Of a stretch of DNA of 64,000 bases, positions 20,838 to 31,492 are shown piece after piece. Both the position numbers and the translations under genes were made by a program. This DNA is from Candidatus Melainabacteria bacterium 17Bon1m (GTDB taxonomy: Bacteria; Cyanobacteriota; Vampirovibrionia; Obscuribacterales; Obscuribacteraceae). The stretch lies in NCBI GenBank assembly GCA_032128875.1, contig JAVLKG010000013.1, forward strand, positions 32,001-96,000, written 5' to 3'. A model generated the notes under the pieces. That model was not told where the DNA came from, searched no databases, and saw only the letters and a program-made list of their open reading frames with translations. The first letter of the stretch is position 1. Every line of letters begins with the position of its first letter.

Positions 20838-22535
20838 TTAGGCGCCCGCGTTCAGCTCCTTGGCGAGTTTTCTGACTCCCTTGAGGTCGAGCTTGCCGGT
20901 CGGTCCGACCGGGAAGGCATCTACCTTGTAGAAGTCACCGGCTTTCGGAATCCACAGCTTGGGCACGCCTTCGTCGGCGCCCAGCTTGCCGACTGCCTCT
21001 TGCGGAGTGCAGGGCATGACCGTGTAGAGCACGATGAGGCGCTCGCCACGAGTGGGGTCCGGGACGCTGGTCACGACCAGTTCCATCTCCGTGACGCCCG
21101 TGAGCGTGCGGAGCTTCGCCGCCACCTTCTTGTTGGGCACCATCTCGCCGCCGATCTTGGAGAATTCGTCCAAGCGGTCGACGATGAAGAGGAAGCCGTC
21201 GGCATCGACGTAGCCGATGTCGCCGGTGCAGTAGATGTCGCCGTCGAGGACCTCGTCGGTCTCCTTCGGGCGGTTGAGGTAGCCCTTCATCACCTGCGGA
21301 CCGGCGACAAAAATCAGACCTTCCTGGCCGGAGCCGAAAGGCACGACTTCGCCCGTGTTGATGTCGACGATGGCGATGGCGGTGCCGGCAACGGGCTGCC
21401 CGACTGAGCCGAGCTTGTTACCGTGAACGCGACGTCCGTCGGGCGTCGTCACTTCAGACGGCGAGTTGGCAGCGACGACCGGAGCCAGCTCGGTGCAGCC
21501 GAAGCCTTCCACGGCTTCCAGACCGAGCTTTTCCTTGATGTCGCGGGCGAGCTCAGGCTGCAGCTTTTCCGAGCCCAGCAAGAGCCACCGAACGCTGGCA
21601 AACTGCTCTTTCGTGCAGCGCGCGAGATACGAGCGCATCAGGGTCGGAGTGCACGCCATCAAGGTCGGCTTCTCGGATTCGAGCAGCTTGGCGACGGCAC
21701 GCGGGTCGAGCGGACTGATGTGATACGCAGCCGAGCGGCCGAGCGTCGCCATCGTCCAGAGCGTCACGGTGAAGCCGAACGAGTGGAAGAAGGGCAGGAT
21801 GCCCACCACCGCGTCGTTCTCTTCGATGCTGGCATGATTGTTGATCTGGTGGATGTTGGACAGAACGTTACCGTTCGTCAGCATCACACCCTTGGGGTCG
21901 CCGGTGGAGCCGGAGGTGAACATCACGGTGGTGATGTCGTCCGGAGTGGTGCGCATGCCGGGCAGGAATGCACCGAGCAGTGCGGTCGGAACGACCTTGG
22001 CGACGAACCAGCCCCAGGCTTTGTCGGCCTTGGTGATGGCGGTCAGCAGGTCTTCCAGGTAGATCACTTCAGCGTTGAGCTTGAGCTCTTGCTTCTCGAC
22101 CACCTTGCGAGACGTGATGATGACCCCGATGTCGCATTGCTTTGCGGCAGCATTGATCACTTCCGACGTCGCGGTGTAGTTCAGGTTGACCGACCACTTG
22201 CCGAGCAGTGTGGTCGCGAAGTTGGCGATCGTCGCCGGCACCGAGGGCGGTACCAGAATGCCGATGGCTTTCTGTCCCTTCACCTTGCGGCTCAGGAAGC
22301 GTGCCATCACGCACGAGCGAAGGAGCGCATCGGCGAACGTGATGCGTCCTTTCGTCGTGTCCGTGGCGAACAGTTTTTCGGGCGAGCGGCGTGCCTGCTT
22401 GACGAAGGCGGAAGCCAGAGACGTCCAACCCGCCGGAAGGGGCGAGAGCTGTTTCAGCGTGACCATCTGATTGCGTGCCGGGAAGGGGACGCCATACTTG
22501 GTCAGTTTGGGTGAGTTGCTCACGTGTATCTCCAT
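20838..22535 (-). CDS. aas: AMP-binding acyl-ACP synthetase, homologous to the C-terminal module of Aas
   Basis: VNLNYT, FTSGSTGDPKG, LPFFHSFG, EGFGCTE, TGDIG, FSKIGGEMVP, GKLD. Confidence 0.85.
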   Translation of the reverse strand: MEIHVSNSPKLTKYGVPFPARNQMVTLKQLSPLPAGWTSLASAFVKQARRSPEKLFATDTTKGRITFADALLRSCVMARFLSRKVKGQKAIGILVPPSVPATIANFATTLLGKWSVNLNYTATSEVINAAAKQCDIGVIITSRKVVEKQELKLNAEVIYLEDLLTAITKADKAWGWFVAKVVPTALLGAFLPGMRTTPDDITTVMFTSGSTGDPKGVMLTNGNVLSNIHQINNHASIEENDAVVGILPFFHSFGFTVTLWTMATLGRSAAYHISPLDPRAVAKLLESEKPTLMACTPTLMRSYLARCTKEQFASVRWLLLGSEKLQPELARDIKEKLGLEAVEGFGCTELAPVVAANSPSEVTTPDGRRVHGNKLGSVGQPVAGTAIAIVDINTGEVVPFGSGQEGLIFVAGPQVMKGYLNRPKETDEVLDGDIYCTGDIGYVDADGFLFIVDRLDEFSKIGGEMVPNKKVAAKLRTLTGVTEMELVVTSVPDPTRGERLIVLYTVMPCTPQEAVGKLGADEGVPKLWIPKAGDFYKVDAFPVGPTGKLDLKGVRKLAKELNAGA

Positions 22536-23589
22536 TTCATGGGTAATGCTCGCCTCACGCTGGAACGCTGTGCGTTCTCACATGTGTGAGCGTGAGAGGG
22601 AGCGGCGTTCTTTGAGAAACGCGGAAATGTCGAATGCCCGGCCACATCGCAAAGCGTCCTTCGCGAAGTGAAACCAGACCAAAACACACTCGCCAAGCCG
22701 CTATCGCAAACGCGACTTGCAAGCTCATCGTCCTGAAATCAACCTCATCTCAAAAAACGCGTTCTCCAACAACGGATATAAATCCGGTGCGTTTGAGCGT
22801 TTGAATTCGACTGTGGTTTACTCGGGAACGATTTCTTGGAGTGTGTGGAAAAGAAAGACGTTTACTGTCTACCAGCGTGCGCTCTATGTCTCCAACATAA
22901 TGGTTAAGCTACTAAAAGATTCGGAAAGCCTTATTTGTTGAGCTTTTAGGCTGCTATCTCCAAAACAAATAAAAATGGTGTCTAACTCATAATTGTCAAG
23001 ATGTGCAAGAACTAAGGCTGCAGCCACCTTTTCAGTGGCGCGTCTCGCGCGAATTTTTAGCTGCACTTAAGGTGAAAACGCGTTTGAGCCGTTGGTTTAG
23101 CGATGGTTGGTTGCGCAAGCGGAAAGTGGTCTGGTGAGTCAGGTCTCAAGTGGCACCATCAATTCAAAATTGGAACTCTTAGCGCCGCGATTTTGAGAAG
23201 AAAATTGCAAAACTGAAGACCCGTAACGTAAATGCGAACCCTTTCGAGCGGTTTCGCGCTACCTGCGCTACTGCGATTATCACGGCTTTTCGAGGGTTTT
23301 CACTGTTGTGAAGAGACAACTAATGATACGCCAAGTGGTTTTGCCCGCAGAGCGATCAACGGTCTTTGTAGGTTTCCCCTATCCCGGTCACTTCCAATTC
23401 CAACTTCCCGTCAGTCCTTTTCCGAACCCACGTCAATTTAAAGCGCATGTTCTCTCAGCTCGAAGGCTGTGTTGAGGGCGCACGTGATCGAAAAATGACT
23501 GGCAGCACCGGGACGATTCTTCCCTTGCAAGCGGTTCATGAGCCGTTTGCACAACGACGAACCAGAATTCGTCACAGGAGAAAACCATA

Positions 23590-24693
23590 GTGAGCAATTC
23601 CAAAGTCATCCCGACCGCCGCCTTCGCTCTCGACCTCCTCAAGCAGGAAGTCGCCGCCAAACCGGGCGAGAACGTTCTTGTTTCGCCGCTCTCCGTTTCG
23701 CTCGCCCTCGGCATGACCGCCAACGGCGCGCGTGGCACGACCCTCAAGGGCATGACCAGCGTTCTCGGCATCGAGAGCGATCTGGGCGCCAACAACAAGG
23801 GCTACGCTGCCCTTCTGGAGCTGCTGAAGCGTTCCGGCATCGGTGTGACGCTCGACATCGCCAACGGCATTTTCGCCAAGCTCGGGGTCACATTCAAGCC
23901 CCAGTTCAAGCAGGCGAACAAGCGCTACTTCAACGCCAAGCTCGAGGACCTGGATTTCGATGATCCGGACACCCTCGACATCATCAACGGCTTCGTCTAC
24001 GAGGGCACCAACAAGAAGATCGACAAGATGCTCAAGTCGATCAGCCCGGACGCCGTGATGTTCCTCGTCAACTGCGTCTACTTCAAGGGCGAGTGGACCT
24101 CGAAGTTCGACAAGAAGCTGACCAAAGATCTCCCCTTCGCCGGCGTCGGTGACATCGCCACGATGTACCGCAACGATTCGATGGTTTACAGCAGTGACTG
24201 GCAGACATATCAGACCGTCGTGCTGCCGTTTGGCGAGTCCAAGGCTGTCCGTGAGGTCATCATCCTGCCTTACGAGGGCAAGAGCATCGACGACGTGCTT
24301 GCCGCGCTCGATGCCGATAAAATCCTGGGCTTCACCAAGCACGATCACGGCAGCGACGGCGAGCTCTGGCTGCCGCGCATCGACATCGGCTACGAGAATT
24401 CGCTCAAGGACTCACTCATCAATCTCGGCATGGAAGACGCCTTCGGCGGCGCCGATTTCACCGGCATGTCCGAAGACCTCGACCTCAAGATCGGCGACGT
24501 GAAGCACCGCACCGGCTTCAAGCTCGACGAGGAAGGCGCGGAAGGCTTCGCCGCCACTGTCGTCGAAGTGATGACCGAGAGCGTCTCGATGCCCTTCCAG
24601 ATGAAGGTCAATCGTCCGTTCGTGAAGTTCACCATCGACTCCGAAACCGATGCCGTGCTCTTCGCCGGCGTCGTCGTCAACCCGACGAAGTAA
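23590..24693 (+). CDS. Serpin family protein (no signal peptide)
   Basis: NVLVSPLSVSLALGMTANGARG, NCVYFKGEW, DEEGAEGFAAT hinge, VNRPF, LFAGVVVNP. Confidence 0.93.
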   Translation: MSNSKVIPTAAFALDLLKQEVAAKPGENVLVSPLSVSLALGMTANGARGTTLKGMTSVLGIESDLGANNKGYAALLELLKRSGIGVTLDIANGIFAKLGVTFKPQFKQANKRYFNAKLEDLDFDDPDTLDIINGFVYEGTNKKIDKMLKSISPDAVMFLVNCVYFKGEWTSKFDKKLTKDLPFAGVGDIATMYRNDSMVYSSDWQTYQTVVLPFGESKAVREVIILPYEGKSIDDVLAALDADKILGFTKHDHGSDGELWLPRIDIGYENSLKDSLINLGMEDAFGGADFTGMSEDLDLKIGDVKHRTGFKLDEEGAEGFAATVVEVMTESVSMPFQMKVNRPFVKFTIDSETDAVLFAGVVVNPTK

Positions 24694-24986
24694 TTCCGTC
24701 GCTCTGGAGAGTCGGCTGCCATCTTGGTAGTCGACTCCCCTTGCGGGTTGAAATGCTTGCGGGATGAAATGCCTGCGCGTTGAAACGCTCTTTGGGAGGC
24801 GCAGGAGTCGTGGCGTAACGCCATGGATTCTTGCGCTTTCCAATTTTTTTGCCCATGCCTGCCCACTTCAGGCAGACAATTTGTGAAATATCGGGTGCTC
24901 CCCGTTATTTCCTTTTGTGGAATGGGTAACTATATGATATAGCTAACTCCCCCAAAAGTGAGGCAAAACTATTGCTGTACGTAGAT

Positions 24987-25889
24987 ATGAACCTTTTGGA
25001 GTTTCAGAAAAAGTATTCAGATGAGGAGTCGTGTCTGCAGGCGATTTACGCCGTCCGCTGGCCACGTGGTTTTATCTGTCCGTATTGCGAACACAATGAT
25101 GGGCATCGAGTCCACACGCGCCGCTTGATGCAATGTTGCCTTTGCCGCCGACAGAGTTCAATTACAGCCGGGACAGTTTTTGAACAAAGCCATATTCCGC
25201 TTACTGTATGGTTTTTGATGATCTACTTTGTAGCTCACGACAAAGGCGGCTGCAGTGCAATGAAACTCTCGAAGCAGCTTGGTGTCTGTAGAAACACTGT
25301 TTCTCTCATGCTTATGAAGATTCGATCGGCCATGTCCGCCCGCGACGAGAATCTCACGCTTGCTGGCTCTATCGAGTTTGATGAAGCACTTTTTGGAGGG
25401 CGCAGCAAAAGTAAAAGCGTGGGAAAGCCTCCAAGTACCAACAAGAAATATGTGTTGGTACTTGTTGAGAATGAAGGGATTCAAGCTGGAAGTCTGGTGA
25501 TGAAGGTCGTGGACAGCCCGTTCTACGAGGATTTGAAACCAGTAATCGCAGAGAAGGTCGAGTCAGATCCGCCTGGGCAATGGCTTACCGCCGATGGTTG
25601 GGGTTCTCATCATGTAGCCCTTGAGCTAGGGCACAAACTCAGGATGGGTCACATTCCTAACCACCTTCAGGATCGTTATCTTCGTTGTGTAAATCTTGCG
25701 GTTTCCCATGCTAAAAGGTTCTTTAAAGGCACCTACCATCACTTCTGCAAGAAATTTATTCAGTGCTACTTAGACGAGTTCTGTTATCGGTGGAACCGAA
25801 GGCACCTGGAGAAACAGATTGCAAGTCACCTTATTGTCGCCTGCGTGTTCAAAAATCCATATCGCAAAGCCAACCCCCAAGCCGCTTAA
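24987..25889 (+). mobile_element. IS1595 family transposase (DDN type); element ends not resolved
   Basis: RWPRGFICPYC...CCLC zinc ribbon, TAGTVFE, IEFDEALFGG, TADG, VN...KGTYH, YLDEFCYRWNRR; lower GC. Confidence 0.9.
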
Positions 25890-26141
25890 TCTGATTCATA
25901 CAATTCCATCACACTTACACGCTGCTCACAAGAGCAGCTCTTTGTGCTGCTTTCCAGCACGCACTATTCAAAGCACCAAGCTGCCAGGTTCGGAAATCGG
26001 AACTGAATTCCCAGTCACCAAGCCACTTTCGTCTGCCCATTTTGGGCACGTATGTTTTTGCCCGGATCACTAAAAGCCGTAGTAAAGGCGATTGATTTTA
26101 GCCTGCTTGGGAGCAATACAAATTTGATGAGCGTACACTCT

Positions 26142-26300
26142 CTCCGAAAAACAGAAGTTTTTCGGAGTGCGGATCTCCCAAAAGCTAGTTGCTGCAAGGC
26201 TCTGCGGATTTCTTGTCCGACAAAAACCACCGATCCCCGAAAGCGTTGTCCTGCAAGGTGTTTGCGATTTTGTTCTCCGAAAAATATCGGTTTTTCGGAG
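26142..26300. repeat. Two copies of a 26-bp palindrome CTCCGAAAAA-N6-TTTTTCGGAG
   Basis: Copies at 26142-26167 and 26275-26300. Confidence 0.8.
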
Positions 26301-26475
26301 GAAAGACCAAAAGGAATCCAAATCACCCATCTCCAGACTGAAGTTTGAAGCAGCCCCTATTACACAGCAAAGTAGTGCAACCGCCTGTACTGGCGCGGAA
26401 CTAGTGTTTACCCGGGAGTGAAAATTGCAACTCTTTTGCATAATGGATTTCAGAGACAAGCGTGGGGTGTTGTCG

Positions 26476-26991
26476 ATGAACAACGAAGTGATTCAGAAGG
26501 ACTTTAGCGGTGGCGGCGGCAGGGCTGGTGGTGTGATTCTTCTGGTCACGGCATTTTGTCTGATGGGCTATTTCGGACGCCCGTTCCTTCGAACGTTGGG
26601 CATAGCGGTTCCGCCCGCAGAGACGGTACAGTCGGTTCCACCGGTCGCTCCTGTCGAGCCTGCCGAAGTATACGTACCTGCTGAAGTCAATGTGCCTGCC
26701 GAGACAGTGGTTTCTGACTCGTTCAATCCAAGTGTGAGAAACACTGATGATTATTTGGTAGCTGCGCAAAACCTGCCTGAAGGAAAAGTTTTGACTGGAA
26801 ACGACCTGAAGATAATCAAAATGCCGGGGCTGCGCGGCTACGAGTTGGCGTTCTACAAGTTTCAGCCGGTAGTTGGAATGAAACTCTCGCATGCGGTCCC
26901 CTATGGGCAGCCAGTGCTGCCATATCACGTCGAAGAATCGATGGCGGCGCGCAGCTACAACAACCTTTCGCCTGGTGAGCGTGAACAATAG
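26476..26991 (+). CDS. Membrane-anchored SAF domain protein (CpaB/FlgA-like module)
   Basis: TM, Pro/Val/Glu linker, then LVAAQNLPEGKVLTGNDL...VVGMKLSHAVPYGQPV. Confidence 0.75.
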   Translation: MNNEVIQKDFSGGGGRAGGVILLVTAFCLMGYFGRPFLRTLGIAVPPAETVQSVPPVAPVEPAEVYVPAEVNVPAETVVSDSFNPSVRNTDDYLVAAQNLPEGKVLTGNDLKIIKMPGLRGYELAFYKFQPVVGMKLSHAVPYGQPVLPYHVEESMAARSYNNLSPGEREQ

Positions 26992-27065
26992 CCATCGCAA
27001 GCATTAACCATCGCAAGCATTAGCCATCACAAGCAATAGCCATCACAAGCAATAGCCATCGCAAT
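26986..27065 (+). repeat. Tandem repeat, 5 x 16 bp (CAWTARCCATCRCAAG)
   Basis: Units start at 26986, 27002, 27018, 27034 and 27050; the first overlaps the stop codon. Confidence 0.9.
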
Positions 27066-27143
27066 CACCAGCGCATAAATGTTTCCTGTACGCAGGACTG
27101 ATCGTATTTGCGTCTCTGCTAATAATGGAAATATTGGATTCCG

Positions 27144-27557
27144 GTGAGACTGAGAGTGATCGACGAAAAACAAGACACAGTTACCGAAGAGTCTCTTCTG
27201 GAAAGATACAAGAACGGCATGGGCGCCGTTGCCTTCCTCGCGGTGATTATGCCAGTTCTGATCACGTTGTGGGTGGTGAATTACCATCCAGAGTTTCGAA
27301 TCCCGCTATCTGAGCAGCGCGTGAAGCAGGCAGCATCGCCATCTATTAGCCGAACCGAAAGCCTAGTTGTAAGAGCTAAGCAGGATATCCCGAGGGGGAT
27401 CACTGTCACAGACGAAATGCTAGAACTGGTTTGGGTTCCTGAAGAGTCAAACTTTGAGCCGTTGGTACTAAATTTGGCAGACGCTGTCGGTTTGAGAACT
27501 ACCGAAGAAATTCCACGCGGCCGATTGATCCGGAGAGCTCAAATCGTGGCGCAGTAA
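27144..27557 (+). CDS. Second membrane-anchored SAF domain protein
   Basis: TM then VVRAKQDIPRGITVTDEML...AVGLRTTEEIPRGRLI. Confidence 0.75.
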   Translation: MRLRVIDEKQDTVTEESLLERYKNGMGAVAFLAVIMPVLITLWVVNYHPEFRIPLSEQRVKQAASPSISRTESLVVRAKQDIPRGITVTDEMLELVWVPEESNFEPLVLNLADAVGLRTTEEIPRGRLIRRAQIVAQ

Positions 27558-27778
27558 GGTTGTAGGCAATAGAGTCGTGCATGTGCTCACTCTAGGTCAA
27601 TTGGTCTGTCCATACCATTTGGGTGCTGTTTCAGATTTAAGTGAAACAACGAAAGAGCAATAGTCAGCGCTCGTGAGGTTTTTGGGCGCTTTGTTTAAGC
27701 AATGATTATGGCCGAGCTTGTTGTCAAGTAGAGTCGATATGATGCCCAACAAGTCCCTCGTTGGAGCGTGGTCCAAAA

Positions 27779-28024
27779 ATGTTCTCGATTCTCGACATTC
27801 TGTTCTTCTTTTTGCCAGGACGTCATCATCATCACGGTTGGGGTTATTCGTCTTCCTATGATTGCCGGTCGGCATCACAGGTCGATTCCGACTTTCGCAT
27901 CTTCGGTTTCATTTTGGGCTGGGTCATATTGGCGGCAGTTGTCATACTCGCCCTGTACGCATTCGTACCGAATTTCCACCTTCCACTTGTCGAGAGATAT
28001 TTACCCGTCTCCGTCGGCAGCTAG
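27779..28024 (+). CDS. Small membrane protein with a His4 tract
   Basis: GGAG upstream; GRHHHHGWG followed by one TM. Confidence 0.5.
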   Translation: MFSILDILFFFLPGRHHHHGWGYSSSYDCRSASQVDSDFRIFGFILGWVILAAVVILALYAFVPNFHLPLVERYLPVSVGS

Positions 28025-28457
28025 TTAAGCGTTCGCGCAATCGCTGTTGACATGCGCTTCTCAAGAGCGCGAGGCTCGCGCGAATGGTAACTCTATGATT
28101 TTCATCAAAGCCTATCTAGAGGCCTAAGTGGCCCAGTTTTAGTAAAAACCAGAAATAAGCCTCGCTTTGGGAAACTTCCAGGCGCGTGCAAGCCCGACTA
28201 TCAGTACGCGTTAGGTCTAACGCATATGCTAGAACGAAGACCGGAAGCCAACAATTTTCTCTCTTGAGAAAACCCTCTTAAATCAACACCTCCTCCCGGC
28301 GTTCACGTATCAGCATTTCTGTCCCTTCGGACAGTGGCTCTGCGCCTGCTTCCGCGCCACCACTGGTGCACTGCACCTCTAAGAAAAGTCCGGCTCGAAC
28401 GACTTAGTGTTCGGGTTAACGGACGTTGAAATCACAACTGAATAAGGAGCATGAGCA

Positions 28458-29834
28458 ATGAAGACCAGCTCTCTCCTGCGTTCGCTATGGCGTATCCCGA
28501 TGGCTCGCAAAGCCATTGTTCGATACGCATCGGACGCATGGTTGCTTGAATTTACCCAGCGAGCCCACTTCGAGTGGTTTCGCCGGAATCAAAACCCCCG
28601 TACCGGTCTTGTGAAAGACCGCGACCAACCGAAGGCTCCTGCCAGCGTTGCTGCTACTGGATTTGCACTTGTTGCTTATCCGATTGCGGCGAGCCGCGGC
28701 TGGATAACGCACGACGAAGCCCTGACTTACGTCAGCAAGACTCTTCGGGCGCTATCTGAAGCCCCGCAAGGACCTGAGCGCGAAGGCGTAAGCGGCAATT
28801 GGGGTATGTTCTACCACTTCCTCGATCCCGACACCGCCACTCGCGCAGTCGCTCCGAAGTTCTGGGACAGCGAGTTGTCGACCATCGACACTGCACTGCT
28901 GATTGCCGGCGTGCTTTTCGCTGGTTGCTACTTCGACGGTGACAACACGCACGAGAAGGGCATCCGCTACATGGCGGACAATCTCTACAAGCGTGTCGAG
29001 TGGAAGCGGTTTGTCAGGGAAGACAACTTGATTTTGCACGCATGGACGCCGGAGCGCGGCATGTGGGACCCAGTCTATCGCGGTTATAGCGAAGCGTTGC
29101 TTCTCTATGTTCTTGCGCTTGGCTCCCCCACGCATGCGGCTCCGGCTGCCAGTTGGCAGGCATTCATCGGGGACGCGCAGACTGAAACGCACTACGGGCA
29201 GACGTTCATTCGCATGCACGGAATGCCGCTCTTCTGCTATCAGTACCCGCAGGCGTTCATCGATTTCCGTGGTATCACCGACGATGTCGGTCGCCGCCTC
29301 GGCTTTGACTACCACGAAAACGCTCGCCGCGCCTCGCTTGCGCAGCACAGCTACGCAGTGGTCAATCCGAACAACATGCGCGGCTACAGCTCGGTGAACT
29401 GGGGTCTGACTGCATGCGATGGACCTGGAGGCGGTCGCAAGATCGTCGACGGGCGTGAAGTGGATTTCCGCGGATATAGCGAACGCGGTGGTCCCATGGG
29501 CTTCGACGACGGAACGATCGCACCGACTGCGGCGCTGTCGGCGATGCCCTTTGTTCCGATCAACTCGAAGGCCGCGCTGCGTCACTGGCTCAGCGACCGT
29601 CCCGAGCTGTTCGATTTGGATCTCGGTTTTGTCGACGCGTTTAATCCGACGTTCGACAACCGGACTTACAACGGCTGGGTTGATGCTGAGCGCATCGGCA
29701 TCGACCAGGGTCCAATCGTTCTCATGTTGGAAAACTATGAGAGCGGCTTGGTCTGGAACGTGATGCGTCGCAACGAACATCTCAAACGCGGGCTCAAGGC
29801 TGCCGGATTCTCCGGTGGCTGGCTGAACTCGTAA
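28458..29834 (+). CDS. GH144-like endo-beta-1,2-glucanase ('glucoamylase' DUF2329 family)
   Basis: TGLVKDR, SVAATGFAL, GMFYHFLD, ELSTIDTALL, YSEALLLYVLALGSPTH, WGLTACDGP, DGTIAPTA, GIDQGPI..MLENY. Confidence 0.88.
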   Translation: MKTSSLLRSLWRIPMARKAIVRYASDAWLLEFTQRAHFEWFRRNQNPRTGLVKDRDQPKAPASVAATGFALVAYPIAASRGWITHDEALTYVSKTLRALSEAPQGPEREGVSGNWGMFYHFLDPDTATRAVAPKFWDSELSTIDTALLIAGVLFAGCYFDGDNTHEKGIRYMADNLYKRVEWKRFVREDNLILHAWTPERGMWDPVYRGYSEALLLYVLALGSPTHAAPAASWQAFIGDAQTETHYGQTFIRMHGMPLFCYQYPQAFIDFRGITDDVGRRLGFDYHENARRASLAQHSYAVVNPNNMRGYSSVNWGLTACDGPGGGRKIVDGREVDFRGYSERGGPMGFDDGTIAPTAALSAMPFVPINSKAALRHWLSDRPELFDLDLGFVDAFNPTFDNRTYNGWVDAERIGIDQGPIVLMLENYESGLVWNVMRRNEHLKRGLKAAGFSGGWLNS

Positions 29835-29847
29835 GGCAATTTGTCCT

Positions 29848-29900
29848 GTAGGGGTGGCGCATGCGCCGCCCTGTCAGGGAGCCGCATACGGCTCCCCTGC
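29848..29900. repeat. REPIN-like doublet of inverted GTAG REPs (53 bp)
   Basis: Near-identical copy at 34768-34820. Confidence 0.85.
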
Positions 29901-29927
29901 GAGGACGAGATAACAGGGAATCGAAAA

Positions 29928-31352
29928 ATGGGACACAAACAGGAAACTACCGCTCAGAAGCGTGTGATCGATGCTGCAATCTCCGGGTTGCCTGCGCACT
30001 TCAAGTTCGGCGCCGCTACGTCTGCCTACCAGATCGAAGGTGCTGCCTTGGCTGACGGCCGCGGACCCTGCATCTGGGATACTTTCCTCGCCGACAAGAG
30101 TCGTCCGCATTCAGGCGACACCGGCGAGGTGGCGTGCGATCACTATCACCGATTCCGCGAAGACATCGCCATCATGAAGGAGCTGGGGCTCGATGCCTAC
30201 AGGTTCTCCATCTCGTGGTCGCGTATCTTCCCGGAAGGTACGGGCGAGATCAATCGCGCCGGCCTGCAGTTCTACAACGACCTGGTGGACGAGCTTCTGG
30301 CTGCGGGCATCACGCCCTACGTCACGCTCTATCACTGGGATCTGCCGCTCAAGCTCCAGGAGAAGTGGGGCGGGTGGCTGTCGCGTTCGACTCTGCACGC
30401 TTTCGCGCGCTACGCGGAAGTGATGGTGCAAGAACTCGGCGATCGCGTGAAGCACTGGACCACTTTCAACGAGCCGGAAGTTATCATCGCCGGCTACATC
30501 GGAAACGGCATGGCGCCTGCGTACAATCGCGGCGACGTCGCTTTCCACGTCGGGCACAACCTGATGGTTGCGCACGGACTCGCCGCCAAGGCAATCCGCA
30601 AGGCGAGCCCCGATGCGAAGGTGGGCATCGTGCTCAACTTCAACATCGTCGACCCGAAGGACAACACTGAAGCGTGCCGAATTGCCGCTCACAAGCGGTA
30701 TCTGCGCGCGTACTCGTGGTATCTGGACGGACTGCTCAATGGCGAATATCCGCCTGAGGTCGTCGAGGAACTCTCGAAGACGCCGGAGCTGCCGGGTGTT
30801 CGCCCGTATCCGAAGCGCCACGGCAATGCCAACTGGATCAAGCGTGGCGACATGAAGTTGATCTCCCAGGAGCTCGACTACATGGGCATCAACTATTACA
30901 CGCGCTTTGTCGTGGACGAGAACGGTCACGACTACGTAACGCCTGACGTCGCGCGCACGCAGATGGGCTGGCAGATCTACCCGTTCGGTCTGGCTCGTCT
31001 CATGGACGAGATGCACCGGCACTACAAGCTGCCTCCCATCTACATCACTGAGAACGGCGCCGCTCTCGACGACACTCTCACCGTCACTACCGACGGAGCC
31101 AGTGTCAACGACGAACAGCGTGCAAAGTTCATCGTCGACCACCTGGGCGCCCTGTCGGCCGCATGTTCGGCGGGTGTGGACGTGCGCGGCTATTTCGTCT
31201 GGTCGCTCCTGGACAATTTGGAGTGGCCGCTCGGATTCGCCAAGACCTTCGGCATCGTGCACGTCGACCGCGCCAACGGTCTGAAGCGCACGGTGAAGGA
31301 GTCCGGTCGCACTTACGCTCGTGCCATCCACCGGCACAAGCTGCGTCGCTGA
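29928..31352 (+). CDS. GH1 beta-glucosidase
   Basis: FGAATSAYQIEG, YRFSISWSR, TFNEP (acid/base), YITENG (nucleophile), WSLLDNLEW. Confidence 0.95.
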   Translation: MGHKQETTAQKRVIDAAISGLPAHFKFGAATSAYQIEGAALADGRGPCIWDTFLADKSRPHSGDTGEVACDHYHRFREDIAIMKELGLDAYRFSISWSRIFPEGTGEINRAGLQFYNDLVDELLAAGITPYVTLYHWDLPLKLQEKWGGWLSRSTLHAFARYAEVMVQELGDRVKHWTTFNEPEVIIAGYIGNGMAPAYNRGDVAFHVGHNLMVAHGLAAKAIRKASPDAKVGIVLNFNIVDPKDNTEACRIAAHKRYLRAYSWYLDGLLNGEYPPEVVEELSKTPELPGVRPYPKRHGNANWIKRGDMKLISQELDYMGINYYTRFVVDENGHDYVTPDVARTQMGWQIYPFGLARLMDEMHRHYKLPPIYITENGAALDDTLTVTTDGASVNDEQRAKFIVDHLGALSAACSAGVDVRGYFVWSLLDNLEWPLGFAKTFGIVHVDRANGLKRTVKESGRTYARAIHRHKLRR

Positions 31353-31362
31353 AGTTGAAACT

Positions 31363-31392
31363 CTGACGGGAGCCGCACGCGGCTCCCGTCAG
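31363..31392. repeat. REP-related palindrome
   Basis: CTGACGGGAGCCGC AC GCGGCTCCCGTCAG, sharing GGGAGCCGCA.GCGGCTCCC with the REPIN arm. Confidence 0.65.
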
Positions 31393-31492
31393 GACGAACG
31401 CAGGGCGCCGAGGAGGCGTCCGTAGTGAGTTTGGGAAGCGCGCGGAAGTTGAGGCAAAGCCGAAACTGGAGCGCTAACAAAAGGTTTTAGCA

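Noticed and set aside
24890-26415. Terminal inverted repeats of the IS1595 element
   Set aside because: Candidate ends (~24892-24911 or 24923, versus 26395-26413) match only about half of positions, and I found no target-site duplication.
26986-27065. Possible CRISPR array
   Set aside because: Contiguous 16-bp units with no spacers and no cas genes; it is a simple tandem repeat.
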